Source: Vicugna vicugna
Lineage: Eukaryota
Assembly (NCBI GenBank): GCA_013265495.1
Contig: MU058054.1
Span: 558,001 to 622,000 of the forward strand
DNA: 64,000 nucleotides
Direction of reading: 5' to 3'
The notes under the pieces were generated by a model that saw only the letters and a list, made by a program, of their open reading frames with translations, ran no database searches and was not told the origin of the DNA. The position numbers were made by a program, and so were the translations under genes. Below are positions 13,181-27,429 of this stretch, piece by piece (the first letter of the stretch is position 1; each line of letters starts with the position of its first letter).

Positions 13181-15399
13181 CCTGAGGGAACTGATGTTAG
13201 AATTTTGATTCCAGCCACTTTCTTTCTTTGGGAAGTAGCAATTCTTTGTCTTCGTCACCTATCAGTGGGAGCTATCCCAAAGAGACTGGTTACAGTAGGC
13301 CCAAAGCATCTCAATTATAATGTCTCCTAAAATATTTAAAATTTAATATGTGCAAAAGGAAGTGTTGGATCCTGGTAGTTTTGTAGAATGTCTTCTGTGA
13401 GATGTTCGCCTTTGACAATTAGCTACATTTATCCTTGGATAAATGGAAGTTTGGAGAACTGTACATAAAGTCATGGCCAACCTTAGGGCATAGAAAATGG
13501 AGATGCCTGGCCCAGATTTTGAACTTTGGGAACCCTTAAGTGCTGGGAAACCAGGTGCCTGATCTCATGCAGTGACTTGAAATAGGAGAAAGGAAAGGAG
13601 CTGCTGTTGGCTCACAGCTGGCTGCAAGGATCCTGACAACCTGGCATTACCTTTTGTGAAACCCCAGGCTCTCTCTCTGTCTCTGAATTAAGGCAGGGGA
13701 GCTGGGGATGGCTGAGTGAGTGCCCAGTGGCGAATGAACATCCTTTCCCCACCTGCATCTCACACACACACACACACAGTCAGATTTCATGTTCACCTTT
13801 TCTGACATGTCCTCCACATATTGTGTCTTTTCCTTCAACGTTTACAGGAAGTACTGTATCTGATGGTCATGTTATTTATCAGTACTATTTATTAAGCCCA
13901 TTCTTCCCGCACATAAGCAGGGTCCACATTGACAAAATGGTTAGGCTCCCACAGGGTAGTGGGTCAAGTTGTGCACTTCCATTGGCCTTGTCCCACTTGT
14001 AACCACTGGGAATTTTATTTTTGCAAAAGAAAATCTGTTTGAGCCTCTATGCCTCGCCTCTACCTTGCTGTCACCCTGACCGATCATGAATTGTTTCCCT
14101 GGCTGCCTCCCTTACAGGACTGGGAGTTCTCTGAGGGCAGGCATGGTTTGGTTTCTGAGTCCCCAGGCTGGGCTTGATGCTAGCATTCAGTGTTTACTGA
14201 CTGCAAGAAAGAATGGATACATGAAACAGAGTAAGTGGACTGCACTTCTCTCTGACTTAAGAGACTCTTCAAAGGATGTAATTCAGGAGACTTGCAGTCA
14301 CTGAGTGCTTTGAGGTAGAAGCAGACATTGATTCACAAAGCTCAGAGGACAGTCACACCATCCCTAGAGAGTGACAGCTCAGGACATCCCAGGCCTTGCT
14401 GCTAGAAGACATCTTTTGGAGGACAGTGTAGTTCCAGTGGATCTGGCAGGGATTACTGGTGGGGAACAAGAATTGGCTACGAGAGGTTCTGGCTCGGGTA
14501 TTTAGTCCTTCTGGAGGAGCGTGACCACCAGGCCTGCTGGCCCCACCATGCCAGGCTGTGCCATGCTCCCGCCTTCACAATGGAGGCCCAGAAGCCTGGG
14601 CTTTTGTGTATGGAAGTGAACTGTAAATACTCTGAAATTCCATTGTGGTTACTGAGCATGTAATTGTATGGTAATTACCATGAATTCACAAGATAATTCC
14701 AAGGTTATTTTTGTCTTCTAAACTTGTCTTATGCTGCCATAGTATATAAGCCAGCAAACCTAAGATCAGGCCCCAGTCAGCAAGGGAGAGAGGCAGGCAG
14801 GCATCTCTTAGCAGGTCCAGCTCAGTGCTGTGTCTCTTGGCTCCAAAGCAAGGCAGAAGAGCTCACTGCCCAGGATTACTGGACAGCAAGTAAGGACGGG
14901 CTGTCCTGAGGTTTCTTCCTCTCCACAGAGACAGACTGAAGTTCCCCCTCCTCTCAGACCTGGGCTTGTGATTCATAAAGAATCTGAAAGAAAAGCTAGG
15001 GTATTTGGTATAAGTCTCCAAGCAGTGTCTTCTTTTCCAGGACCATCACTGTCTCAGTCAGGACCATTATGGCCTAGAAAGCCGCTTCTCCCCTCTACCA
15101 GGGAGGTGGCGGTGTGAGCATCAGTCTGTAGTGGAGGGTTCTGTAGAGTCAGAATGGCTGAAGCTCAAAGCCGGAAGGGCCACGTACTGTGTGTGTGATC
15201 TTGAATATGCCACTCACCTTCCCTGACCACTGCTGATCAAGTGAGCACCTAGCACAGCACCTGGCACCCGGTGCGCGGTGTCTGCTACTGCTGCTGCTGA
15301 GTCTTTGGACACATCTGCGAAGCCTGGAGCATTTGGACCTACACTAAATGTTACCTTCCAGGCTGTTCCTTTCGCATTGGTACCTGGGACTCTGAGCAT

Positions 15400-15945
15400 C
15401 ACCACCAGATTGAGTGTTTCCCAAACTCAGGTTGGTCAATGCTCAGAACCCTTGGATCTCTTCCTTGCCTTCAAGGTGAAACGCAGGCACCTGGCTTAGC
15501 TGGCAGACTCCCCAAAGCTTGCTCAGTGGGCTGCTCCAAGCGCTTCTCCTACTTCCCTTCCCAGATTCTCTGCCTCAGCCCGGCTGGTTCATCACCACCT
15601 CCTAAAGGACTGTGGGCTCTCTTCGGCCTCTGTCCTTCCTGCTGGGCGAGGTCTGCCTTTCCCTACCACTTGTGACTGCCTTAGTCCTTAAGGCCAGGCC
15701 AAGTATTATGTTCTCAATAAAGCATCCTCTGTCCCTGCCAGTCCACAGCAGTTTCTCCTAAAAGCTCCAGCAGCAGATTAAGGGGCTGTCACTCAAATGG
15801 CACTTAATTGAGACTTTGTGGTTTCTCCTGGTGTATGTGCTATTTTATACTTTCAACTCCTCAAGGAAAGGGACTTTATCAAATATCTTTGTATCCCTGA
15901 TGCTTGCCGAACTTCTTGGCTTGTACTAAATGTTTAATGAATGTG
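15400..15945 (+). mobile_element. Degraded L2 3' fragment
   Basis: aactcctcaaggaaagggact...ctttgtatccc...aaatgtttaatgaatg, the L2 tail pattern. Confidence 0.55.
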
Positions 15946-15999
15946 TTATAATAATGCTAATAAGGACGAACATACACGATACGTCTGCTTTTTTAAAAA

Positions 16000-17045
16000 G
16001 AAGACGACTAACTCTGCAGTTTCTATGGGAAAAAAACTGTCGACGACCTAGGGTTGTCTTTTATCCAGCCTCGCAGCACAGCGGATGTATTGTCTTGAGG
16101 ACTGGGTGAGTTCATAAAGACCTTGGAACAGTGTCTGGCACAGAGTAACGCTCAAAAACAAGCTAGCTTCTGTTAAGCATTTGTTAAACTACATAATTTC
16201 ACAAATAAAATAAATTATTTGAAAACAAAAACCGATCAACTGACCAATAAATCTTTTCACCAGAAAGAGACTTGAATCAGAAGACCTGGGCTTTGCTACT
16301 TACTTAACTTTATGGCCTTGGGCAGCTCACCCAACTTTGAGTAGCCTTACTTTCCTAACCTGTAAAATGGGCATGATAACCCCTGTCGTAGCTATTTCTT
16401 GGAGCTGTCACGGGGATCAAATAAGTGCATGTCTATTTAAAGCACAAAGTAATCATACAAATAGGAAACATCATTTTTAAAAGGCCGACTTGTGTAATCG
16501 ACTTTCTTCTGATGCTGTAAAGCCCATTTAGGTTTGCCAAGGAAATCATAACTGAAATGGATTTTATAGCATCAGAAGACTCCTCCGTGGCCATCTGGTC
16601 CATTCAGTGCTCACCGAGTTCCGGCCCGGCTCAGAGCAGATTAGGAGCCAGTGGATGATGGCAGCGTGCCTGCAAATAATCTTATCACACGGAGATGATG
16701 CTGCCTCCGGAAGAAGAGCATTCTCCATGGCCTTAACCAGAGGCTTCTCCAGGGGTGTGCTGAAGCTCTGCTCTGGGGCTGGATCACTGATTCTCAGCCA
16801 ACACGAGGCGAGTTAGATAGCACAATGGTCAGACACACAGGCTTCAAAGTCTGACAGGCCTGGGCTCAAATCCTGGCTTACACACTTGCTTGTTGAGTGA
16901 CCTTCTACAAGCTGCTTAGCATTTTTTAACCTCAGTCTTCTTAACTGAAAACAAGTGCAATAACAGCACCTGCCTAATATGTTGGGGCATATACAGAACC
17001 ATGCATGTAAAGAACTTCGATGAAGTACCTGGTTGGAGTAGAGGC
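16000..17045 (+). mobile_element. Cluster of MIR fragments (about 16000-16160, 16265-16450, 16810-17045)
   Basis: Repeated MIR cores, e.g. ggccttgggcagctcac...ctgtaaaatggg and ctgggctcaaatcctggct...gtgaccttct. Confidence 0.7.
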
Positions 17046-20000
17046 TCGATACATTTTGGATGTCGTCGTGTTATTATATGCGTTACAGTTATCTGCTGGC
17101 CTATCTGTGTCCTTTGGAAACCTCGGAGCTCCTTGCCACTCATCCTTATATCCTCTGCGCTTAGTAGAGTACCTGACAAAGCAGGTAAACTTACTTCTAG
17201 TTGATTCTGGCTGAAACTATTAAGGGATAATTAAGGTGATGGCTGATGAGGACTTAGGACGTGACCCGCCACAACAGTGTTACTCCTTTGTAAAAGATTC
17301 TGCAAGAACAAGACCTTTCCATGAAAGGCTGTGGTACCGAGGGACAGGCCCTTCCTGTGTCCCCTTGCGGGACATATTCCCCACCCCCAGCAGCCCACTG
17401 GTCCCAAGGCTGCTTGGGCCAGGCTTGAGACAGAGGCTTATTCTACAGGCCCCGTAAAATCAAACCCCTCAAGAGGCCCTGGGGGTCATTAAGGCCTCCC
17501 CTATTTTACAAGTGAGGAAACTGAGGCCAGAGAGAGAATTCATGGCCCCTGGCTTCCAAAGCAGTGTTTTTTTTTGTTTGTTTGTTTGTTTTTGTTTTTT
17601 CAAATTCTCTCCAGATTCCCACTGGCCACATTTGGAATGTGTGGGACTTTCAGAGATTAGCCTTTTCTAGTAAAACAAGGGGGAAAAAAAAGAAAGCAAA
17701 ATATTATTGGTAGAAGTCTAGTTTTATTAAACTACCTTTCTAAATCACAATCTAACAAGAATGCTTCAAGCCAAATAAAGGAAGCTTGAAATACTCCTTT
17801 TCACTGGAGAATATAATTTTGCTTCAGCCACAATTTAAATTGATTTAGTTCTGAGCACCAGCACTTGAAGTGTGGAGCAAATTCTATTTTCGCCATGATA
17901 CTTGTTTTGACAGTGATGCATTTCAGTTGACATAGCTGAAATCCTTATGTAATAAATCTCTGCCTGAAAATTAATCATGTTTATAATATTCTGAGAATTA
18001 ATAACACCCATTGCTCAAATCATTAACTTAAAAAAGGAGCTTCCAAAATCTGTTGCCGGCAGTAAGGGACCACAAATAAATGAATGTTTGATAAAATAAT
18101 CCAAGTAGCAGTTTAACAAGCGTAAACTTGAATGTGGTTGCAATAACACAGAACTATTGTTTAAGGGTTGGCAGAGGCTGATGGGGTTCTTATTTCAGTT
18201 ACGAAGCAGGCATCCACATGCATAATGAACTGCTCTCTGAATTATTAATGTGTTGCTTATTTAGCCTCATCTGTCTAGAAGATAATGTATCCTAACTCTA
18301 ATGAGTGATTGGTTTTGTACGTAATTACAGTAGCAGCAGTAGCGGGGAAATGTGTGCCTTCAAAGAAGGAGTTCTAAAAATAAAGTCATCACATAAACTC
18401 CGTTGTTGTTGCATTCTATCAAAATCAAACCCAAAGCATTTGAGAATTCATAATAAATTACAGGAGACAGAATCATTATTAACATCATAATTTAACACAA
18501 AAGGTTTTACTTAATCATTCATTACTGATCAAGTGCTGTTAAAATGCTTATAAATGACTTGGGTTGTTTGAAGATGTTTGCAGAGATGGTCCCTCTTGGC
18601 CACTCACCAGCTGTGGTGCAGAGGGTCCACCAGGAGAGAGGACAAGTAAAAACAGGTAGAAAAGGGTAACAATTTATGCCCATTCTGACAGAATGTTAAT
18701 TAAAAGTTTAAAAGCCATTAGGTGACTCCTTATTTCTAACACATGCACGTCTGGGACTCATCCGATCTTGTTTCCACCTTCAAGTGGTTATTGGTGGAGA
18801 ACACTGGATCAGAAGCCCATGCACCTGGTCTAACAGGTCTAGATGACAGTTGTTTGCCACCTGTTTCTGATAAGGGGACAAAAACTTTTCTTAAGAGTTC
18901 AGAAAAGTTTTTGCTTTTCCCCTGCACAGCGTATAATTTAAATGAATAGGCCCAAACTGGAAACCTTATATAGGCGTTTGTTCCGAAGGCGCCCTCATTA
19001 TCACTGTGGTTTTATCTGTGCGTTTCCTTTTTCTTGTCTTCAAAGGGGGCTGTCAATTGACTGACTGTAAACCTGACGGCATCACAGTCTATTCACACTT
19101 GTTCAGGAAGCTTCAGTTTGGTTGTAAATTGTACCATGTGTGCGTGTGTGCGTGCTTCTTTTCAAACTCGCCCATCACACGTGCACATATGCATAGGAGT
19201 TCGTGCACACACACACACACACACAGTGGCACCAGGGTGAGAATGTCCACTTTTCTTTCTAAAACCCAAAGCACTTTCAGTTTATCACTACATCAGAAAA
19301 CCTGCATAGCTTTTCTTCAGTGATTGCAGAGACGTTTGAATTACTGGAGATCATAATGCTTCCTCTTGTGTGCGGGCAATTCCTATAAGTGTTTCAGACT
19401 CTTGGTCACAGGAAAATCCCTGTATGTAGCCTGTAGCTAAGATTGAAGCCTATAGGCAAGATGGGAAAAATGGGAGAGTGTATCTAACTCAAAGAACAAC
19501 TTCTGCTTACAGCCTTCTGAAACAATGTGCTTAAATGCAGCAAATTGCCTTTGAAAGTCTTGTGTTGAATACAAACTCAGCTTCCAGCTTCCTTTTGGAA
19601 ATGGATGGAGTTATTTAGATTTGCTAAGCCGGAAGGTGTTGAGTTTTACTGCCTTCCCTCCCTCTGGCACTGAATTTAGGGTCCTGTATGTCCCTTTGGC
19701 GAGGACAGAGGCCACAGGTGAGATTGAACCTGGGAGATTTCTAGCAAGGTCCTGGGGCCTAATTAAAAGAGATCTATGTCTCCTCCCCAGTTTAACTCAG
19801 CTTCTCTCCTCAATAAGCAAAGAGATCTAAGGGATTCCCACGAGGAAGAGTACTTCACAGGACAAGGGGATTGGGAAGGAGGAGGGGGCTGCCACCTGAA
19901 CCCTCAAGCCATCTGGCACCCTCTCCAGGTTGCTCTTCGAAGTGTACACTGAGTTCCTGCCAAGGAAAGTGACGTGTGGGGACCCTGGGCAGAGTCAAAC

Positions 20001-21234
20001 AGGGTTCTTTAAATCCAGAAGCATCTCTTGGACCTGAAGATGCTCAACAGAGAGGCAGGAGTTACTGCTCTGAAAACATGTCTCTAGGGTGCTGGTATGG
20101 GGGTGCTTTTAACCACCGGCATTCCTTCTTTTATCTGCTTGACATACTTGGATCTCAAGTAGTGCTTCATTTGCAAAAAGGGCATGAAGCCCCCTGCTAT
20201 GGGAGAAGCAGAAGAAACCCTCTGGCACTGTCAGAGCAGCTGTGGCCTGAGCCCCAATCCACTCTCATATCCCACCTACGGGAAGGGCCATCTGGTCCTC
20301 TTGACCTCTGCCCTCCTTCCCCAGGAGCAACCTAGCTCACCGTCCCCATGGAGATTTACCCTTTGTTACCCAGGGTCCTGGGGTTGGTAAACCTCAACCA
20401 GCCCCAGGACTGCTGCCTCCAGCCACCCTAGAGATGGGCTAGTGATGAGATGGGGAACTGGGGCCATGGGAAGAGGTGGATCAGGGGCACCTCATTAACC
20501 AAGCTGGGAGTTAGGATTTTCCTGAAGATGACAGGAGTCATTTCAAAGTCATAAGCAGAGGAGCAACATACTCAGATTCTTTGCCTTGACCACCTTGACA
20601 GGAGGCAGGGGATCTTAGTGAGAAACTATTATCATCCTACAGTGAGACCATGAAGGCCAAAGCGAAGGCAGTATCTTTGTGGAAAGGAGAGGAGGGGTCA
20701 GAGTTGAGGCATGTTAGCAGCTGGCATCAACATGAGCTGGTTGCTGCCGGGACGTGGGGATGTAGGGTGTCTCAGCCTCTGGCCTGATCCACCAAGAGGA
20801 AGTACGGGGAGGAGAGAGGGCAGATGCAGTTTTGGATAGTCTGACCCTGAGGACTCTGAGAAGTTCTGCTGAATATTGGATCTAGGACTCTAAAGCTCAA
20901 AAAAGAGATGGGGGTAGAAAAACACGGGTTTTGTCGTAAGCTGCCGGTAACTGAAGTGCTGGGTGTAGAAGTACTTGCCCAGGGAAGCAGGCTGAGAAGA
21001 GGATGGAGGGCAGCACCCTAGCACCCACCCCTGGAAAACCCCGGGCTTCCCCTTTCTGGATGCCCTGTCCCCTCTCCAGTGACCCATAGCATGCATATCC
21101 CAGAAGCCCATCTTGGGCAGCTGAGTGACTAGCCTGAGGTTCCTTTCTGCTTTCTGGACCCACAGTCAGAGCTCAGTACGTGGCGGCTGCGTGTTGCTGA
21201 CGCTGAGGGGACTGAGGGAGCACCAGCTGCTTAC

Positions 21235-21405
21235 CGGCATTGCCTGGGCGTTCAGGTGGCTCACTCTCCTCTCTCTCTTGGGAACAAAGCAGGGCACCTG
21301 CAGGGTGCTCAAGCTGCAATCCAGGTGGCCGTTGGTCAGGTACAAGGCGAGCTGCGTCAGGGCCAGCTGGTCACTGTATGAGAGGTTGAGGCCCGTTGCC
21401 CACAC
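21235..21405 (-). CDS. IQCH: IQCH internal coding exon (171 nt, phase 0 to 0): [57 protein letters not shown]
   Basis: Acceptor TGTGTTACTCAG|GTG, donor CCG|GTAAGC. Lies inside ORF 21166..21507. Confidence 0.9.
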
Positions 21406-22589
21406 CTGAGTAACACAGGAGCCGTAGACATGAGGGTGAGATGAGCTGCTGGGAGAGAAAGCCCCTCCCGCCCCGCCCAGCCCAGACCACCCCGGGCCCA
21501 GCCACACTGGCGAACACGCGACTTAACAGAATAGATGTTTTTGCTTCTGTTTCTCCTTCGTGTAACTGAAGGATGGAGCCTCATCAGAAGATTGAATGTC
21601 CTCATGGGAAGTTACACAATGGGACAAACGTGGCCAAGATAATCTGCTGGAGAAGCCCAGTTCTGAAAGGTTCACGTGGACTTTGATTTTTCTGCCTGCG
21701 GTTTGCATTTCTACAGTGGTTAATGCAGTATGTTCCACTGAGAAATGAGGCTAGATAAAACCTCAGAGGATGGAGAGTCAAAGTGGAACACAGGAGAGGG
21801 GAAAGAGTGAGTAAATACGAGAAAAGGGCAGTTTTCCCTGGTTACAGAAAAAGCAATGCTGGCCTCTCTGGGAATTTCTGGGAATTCCTCTCTGGGAATA
21901 TGATTCTTAAGGGACATTTAGGGTTGGCCTATGAGCCTTAGCTCTACCACTATGTTTACTGTTTTACTTTAAGAGTCCAGGAAAGTCACTTTACCCACCC
22001 TATGATGTCACAGATACTCACCCGGGGAAAGCTGATGGCACCCACCCTAGCGGAATCACAACCTTATTAGAAGAATACTATGATGCAGTGAAAATTAAAA
22101 CGCTTTGGAAAATAGGTGTATGTAAGCAGTAAGTGACTAGATCACTGAGTAATGTCCGTTTCCTCCTCGGACGGATACTTACTGAGTACCCGCTATGGGC
22201 TAAACTGCCGATGGTGAAAGCCGGTCACATTCAACCTCTCCCTTCTCCTGTGGCAGGCCACCCTTAATTCCTCTTGTCACCCTCACCTCTGCACTGAATC
22301 CAGAAGCACTCCCAGAATCCTCCTCAGTTCAGTGCTCAAGGCGTATTATTGTACTAGTTACACAAGTGTAAAACGTGAAGAGACACAGATCCTGCCATCA
22401 AGGAAGGGAAGGTGGATGAATCATATTCGATTAATTATGACATGATGAAAACTTGATACAATAAAGGGAGGGAACGAAGTAGTACAAAGCAGAAGGAATG
22501 GATAGTCTGAGTTTGTCTAGTGAAGTCAGGGCTACATCGTGGAGAGGGGAACATCTGAGCTTTGAGGAGCAATGCAAACATGACTGGTT

Positions 22590-22775
22590 CCCATGTAGCA
22601 AGTACCTACAGTGTGCCAGGAGCTTCACATAATCTCACATCTGTGTACTAACCTAAAAATAACAGCTGTGTGTCACTGATAAAGACACAGAGGTTCAAAG
22701 AGGTACCCAAGTCCACACAGCTAGGAAGTGGTGGTGCTGGGATTTGAATCCAGTTCTGCCTGGCTCCAAATCCAC
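22590..22775 (-). mobile_element. MIR SINE
   Basis: acagaggttcaaagaggtacccaagtccacacagctagga...gggatttgaatccag. Confidence 0.7.
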
Positions 22776-25384
22776 CCTCTGCCCTTTCCCTGAAGGAGGA
22801 GACAGCACTGATCCTGGACCAGCCAATCCTCACCCTGGACAAGTTTCCCAGTCAAACTAAAAGCTAAAGTTGCAGAGGATCAGAACATGTTTTTGTTGAA
22901 TATAATCCATGCCACGGAAATGTCTTGTGGAGAAAACATGAAGTATTGTGTTTCTGGAGTATGCTGTAATTAGCAGTAATGCATTTTCACTGTAGGAAGT
23001 TGGAAACGAACACATTTTCGTGAAGATTTGATTAAACAGTTTCTCCTCTTAGAAGGCCTACGTGTGCCCCACACACTAGCTGGGTCTGTTAAAATACAAA
23101 ATACATCTGCCCTAGAGTGGACTCCTCTCAGACAAATCTAGCAGTGAGCGACTTGAGTAAGCATTGACTGTAAATGGCGTCATTATAAGGATATTAAGAG
23201 GTCAGGCTGTCAGGGCCCCTTGCTAAACTGAAGCTAATTTCAGGAGTCATATTCGCACAGTAATGTCCTTTTGTAATAGCAAATAAATCACATTTGCAAC
23301 AGTTGTTAAAACCTAACTGCCAAGTATCTGTTGCAGTTGTAAATATCCTATTTGTCAACTTAAATATTTCCTGCTGTATGGCATAAAATGCAGATCAGAT
23401 GGGGACAGCCACTTCTCCTTAATACGAGAATGTGAACTTGCTGTTCTTACATGTTGGCACTTCCCCCCGCCCCCGCCCCAGAGCTTCTATTTTTGATGTT
23501 TCAGCCTCCTCGATCACAGGGAAATGCATATAACAAACATTATTACTATTATGTTAATAGTATTAATGTTTGGTGATGAGGATTTTAGTGGGAAGGCAGC
23601 CCAGAGTAGGGGAACAAGAACCGAGGAGTCGGAGAGCCTGAATCTGTGCAATCGTGAAATGGATATTTAAGCTCGCTCAGTCTCAGTATTCTTCGGTGTA
23701 AAAGGCACAAATGATAATACCTACCACAAGTGGTTTCGAAAACAAAATAGAATAAATGCACATAAAATTGCCTTACCTATGGTAAAGTTCAATACAGGTG
23801 TTATTTATGATTGCTAAACATTTCCTTTACGAGCAGCAGGTCCTCAGGAGACACATTTTCAGTTGCCTGCGTAGCTATTAGATCGCCCCGTTTAATAGCT
23901 GTTCTCCCCAGTCGCCATCATTGTGTTCAGCCTCAAGACTCAGTCCAGTAGGTGGTTAGGTTTGAGCAGGGTTGGTATTATTCTATCTCCTTTTGACCGA
24001 TGAGGATACTGAGATGGAAAAGTAGCCCCACGGTTTGCCCAGGAACACAGAGCACAGGCCAGAAATCCGGTCTTTTTGTAGAGCCAGAATCTTTTTGCTA
24101 CCCCAGCCTGCCCTAACTCCTTGGTTTACAAAGGAAATAGAACAGATTTCTTCAAGCCTTTTCCTCAACAGCAGGCTTGCCTGAATTGCTCAGATAATTG
24201 TTGTGTTCTCCATCTGGTTTTTCCATTGAAGACACCGCCTGAGGCATGCTTGTTTTGCGGACAGGGGTTTTCCTATTTCCCCCTCTAGACTGCCAGCCCT
24301 TTAGGGGAGGCTGCTCAGTCTTTGTCTTCTCACAGCGCCCGGTGTCTGGGCAGGCTCGGCTGCCAGCAGGGCACATAGCACCTCTGATGGTTCACTGTGA
24401 ACTCCTTCACAGCGCTACAGGGACGGGATCTAAGTGGGTCTCCTGAAGCTGGTTTCAGATCCAAATGCAGCAGATATTCAGTGAGCATCTTCTCTGTGCC
24501 AGCCCCAGGCTTTCACACATAGCACATTTAACCCTAGTCTTGATTTCCGATTTCGCTGTTACCTTCAGAACCCAGTCTCTCTCTGCGCTGGCTACTCCCA
24601 CCACAATTTAGAGGAGCAACGACGTACAGAGACACTGTGCAAAGTCACTACGCCTGGGGATGGAGAGAAGCGGATATGGACGTGGCTTTGACACGACTTG
24701 TAGGACTTGCGATGACTTGCTAACAGGTTAATTGGTTAGATGTGAGGGTGAGGGAAAACCATAACCAAGGGTTAGAACTGGAAAGACCCTTAACAATCAC
24801 CTAAAACAATCAGTTGATTCCATAAATGGAGCAATTCTAGTGTGAGAAGCAAAGTGCTTTGCCCTGGGTTTCAGAGCCAGGTATCGAAGGTGTGGGACAG
24901 GAAGCCAAGGTGTCATAGCTCGCAGCCATAAGGCACCTGTTGATAGTTATTTGACTGATAAATGACACTCACAATCCATTTTGCTAAAAATGGCTAGAAA
25001 ACTAGAGAGATTTACATCAAGGCCTTAAGCAGCCGAGGCAACACAAAAATATTCATCTGAGCATTACTTGTAAAACAGAAGAACTGCAGCTGTCCAGCAT
25101 TTGGGCATTGGTTAAGAAGATTATGACATATCCAAGTGATGGGATAGTCTGTGATACTGTCATTAAAGATAATGATTGTGACTGACTTTCGATGATGTAG
25201 GAAGATACACAAAACAGCAAGAGAGGGATGTAAAGTCATACAGGCAATATGACTTCAGCTTTGTAAAAATGATAGTATATGTAGAAAAGACTACATGAGA
25301 ATATGACGAAATGTTAGCAGTCTATTGTTAATACTTGCAGATGTGAGGTAAGCAAAATTATAGACAGGCTTTCATATATATTCC

Positions 25385-25700
25385 AGAGCTGCACTAATGT
25401 GGTAGCTACTAGCCTCACGTACCTACTGAACACTTGAAATGTGGCTGATTCAGGTTGAGACGAGCTACACCATCTTCTGAAGAATGAAGAAGTAAAAGAC
25501 TGAAATATCTCATTAATAGTATTTTATACAGATTACATGTTGAAATGATACCATTTTGGTTATGTTGAGTTAAATAAAACATTATGTATTAAAATTATTT
25601 TCATCTAGTTTTTGGTTCCATTTTTAAATGAGGCAACTAGAAAATTAAAAATTACACACGTAACAACATTTGTGGTTCACATTCTACTTCTGTTAGATGG
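25385..25700. mobile_element. MER33/MER3-like hAT-Charlie element
   Basis: gagctgcactaatgtggtagctactagc...cacttgaaatgtggct...gattacatgttgaaatgata...actagaaaattaaaaattaca. Confidence 0.75.
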
Positions 25701-26691
25701 CTTGCAAAAAAAGTGCATTGCGGCGTCAGCCAGGGGCAGGGCCAGCAGGGGTGGGGTAGGCTGGGGAGAGGTGTGGCAGAGGCCCCAGCTCTCCACTCCC
25801 TGGGGCAGGGTGGGCAGAGCACAGGGCAGAAGGGAAACCGAGAAACTGCAGTAACCTCGTCGCTTTTAAACAAGCATGTGAGGACGGAAGACAGGGTCAG
25901 GCAGAGGCAAGCTTGCCCAGAATCGTTCTGTCCCAAGGTTCTGGGTCCTGCTTAGGCTGTAAGCTTGGGGGTGGAATGGTAGTCACAGGCTTCTGTGTGG
26001 GGAGCTGTGGGGGAGAGGGTCCCAGTATTGAGCCCTTTTCGCCTTGGGTGTTCCAGGCAGATGGAGGCTGCCTGCTCACCCCTGCTGCTTCTGCCTCCTT
26101 CGTGTGACAGGCAGGATGGATGGGTGGTGGAGCATGTAGATGTGGGCAGATGTGCTCCGGCCCTACGTTCTGGGACTAGATCCATGTGCAAATAAAGTAG
26201 CAAGGAGTTTGGTCTTATCAACCTTCTGTTATGGGCACTGGGGTGGGTATAGGACTGAGAGACTGATTTATACATCAAATAACATTCGTTGAAGAATCAT
26301 AGAATTTCAGAGCTTCAAGAGCCCACAGATGTTTTGCAGACCCATCTCGAGGTTTTCTTTTCTTCTTCTCCTTCTTTGCTTGTGAGGAGAAGGCCCCAAG
26401 GCCCCCAGACAGGATAAGTCACTCTCTAAAGGCCCTACTCTCCGCACCAGGGTTTAAGACAAGCATTTGTGACTCTCAGCAAGGCACCTCCTGGGACCAC
26501 ACTTTCCTCGACCAGTCACTGAGAACAACAGTCCTGGTGGCCCTTCACTCAGTTGCCTCCAGATGCGTCTGTGATGCTAACTGGGAATTCCTGAGCTTGT
26601 GTAGAATATTCTGGGGGGAGGATTTGAAAGTTTTCATTTAGAACATTTCATTCTGATAATACATTTGGAAAAATCGTCAGTAGGTTATTCA

Positions 26692-27080
26692 ATTTTTTAA
26701 TTGAAGTGTAGTTGATTTACAGTATTATGTTAGTTTCAGGTGTACAGCATAGTGGTTCAATATTTTTATATATTATACTCCATTGAAAGTTATTATAAAA
26801 TGTTGGCTATATCCCCTGTGCTGTACAGTATATTCTTGAAACATTTACTTTATATATAATGGTTTGTACCTCTTAATCTCTTACCGCTGTCTTGCCCCCC
26901 TACCTTCGCTCTCCCTGCTGGTAACCACTAGTTTGTTCTCTGTATCTGTGAGTCTGTTTCTTTTTTGTTATATTCATTTGTTTTACTTTTTAGATTCCAC
27001 ATACAAGTGATAACAGTATTTGTCTTTCTCTGTCTGACTTGTTTCACTAAGTTTACCTTCCAGGCCCATCCATGTTGCTG
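26692..27080 (-). mobile_element. L1 3'UTR fragment
   Basis: ttttttaattgaagtgtagttgatttaca...ggtaaccactagtttgttctc...ttttagattccacatacaagtga. Confidence 0.88.
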
Positions 27081-27429
27081 CTTGTGTAGAATTTTGTTTT
27101 AAAGGCAGATCCTGTAACTAAGGCTACCGAGAGATGCAGCAGTGAGAATTCACCCACCACAGAGGTGGCTTCAGGCCTTTAGAACAGAGTGCAGTGCACA
27201 GCCCACCCGCCTCAGCAGCTCGTCTTAGCTGAGGGACGTGTGCATCCTGCTCACATTCATGTCTTTATCCACCATTGGATCATTTGGTTCTTTCCAGAGC
27301 AAGACCAAACCCTCAGTCAGGCCCAGGGCCCCACAGCTATGGCTGAGCTGTGGAGGCGAGGCCATCTGCCCAGCTCTCTACTTGCTGGGCGATACAGCCC
27401 TGGGTGACCACAGTTCCCTCTGTCCTTAT

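Noticed and set aside
24376..24392. Second CTCF-like motif (agcacctctgatgg)
   Set aside because: Spacing does not fit the core consensus.
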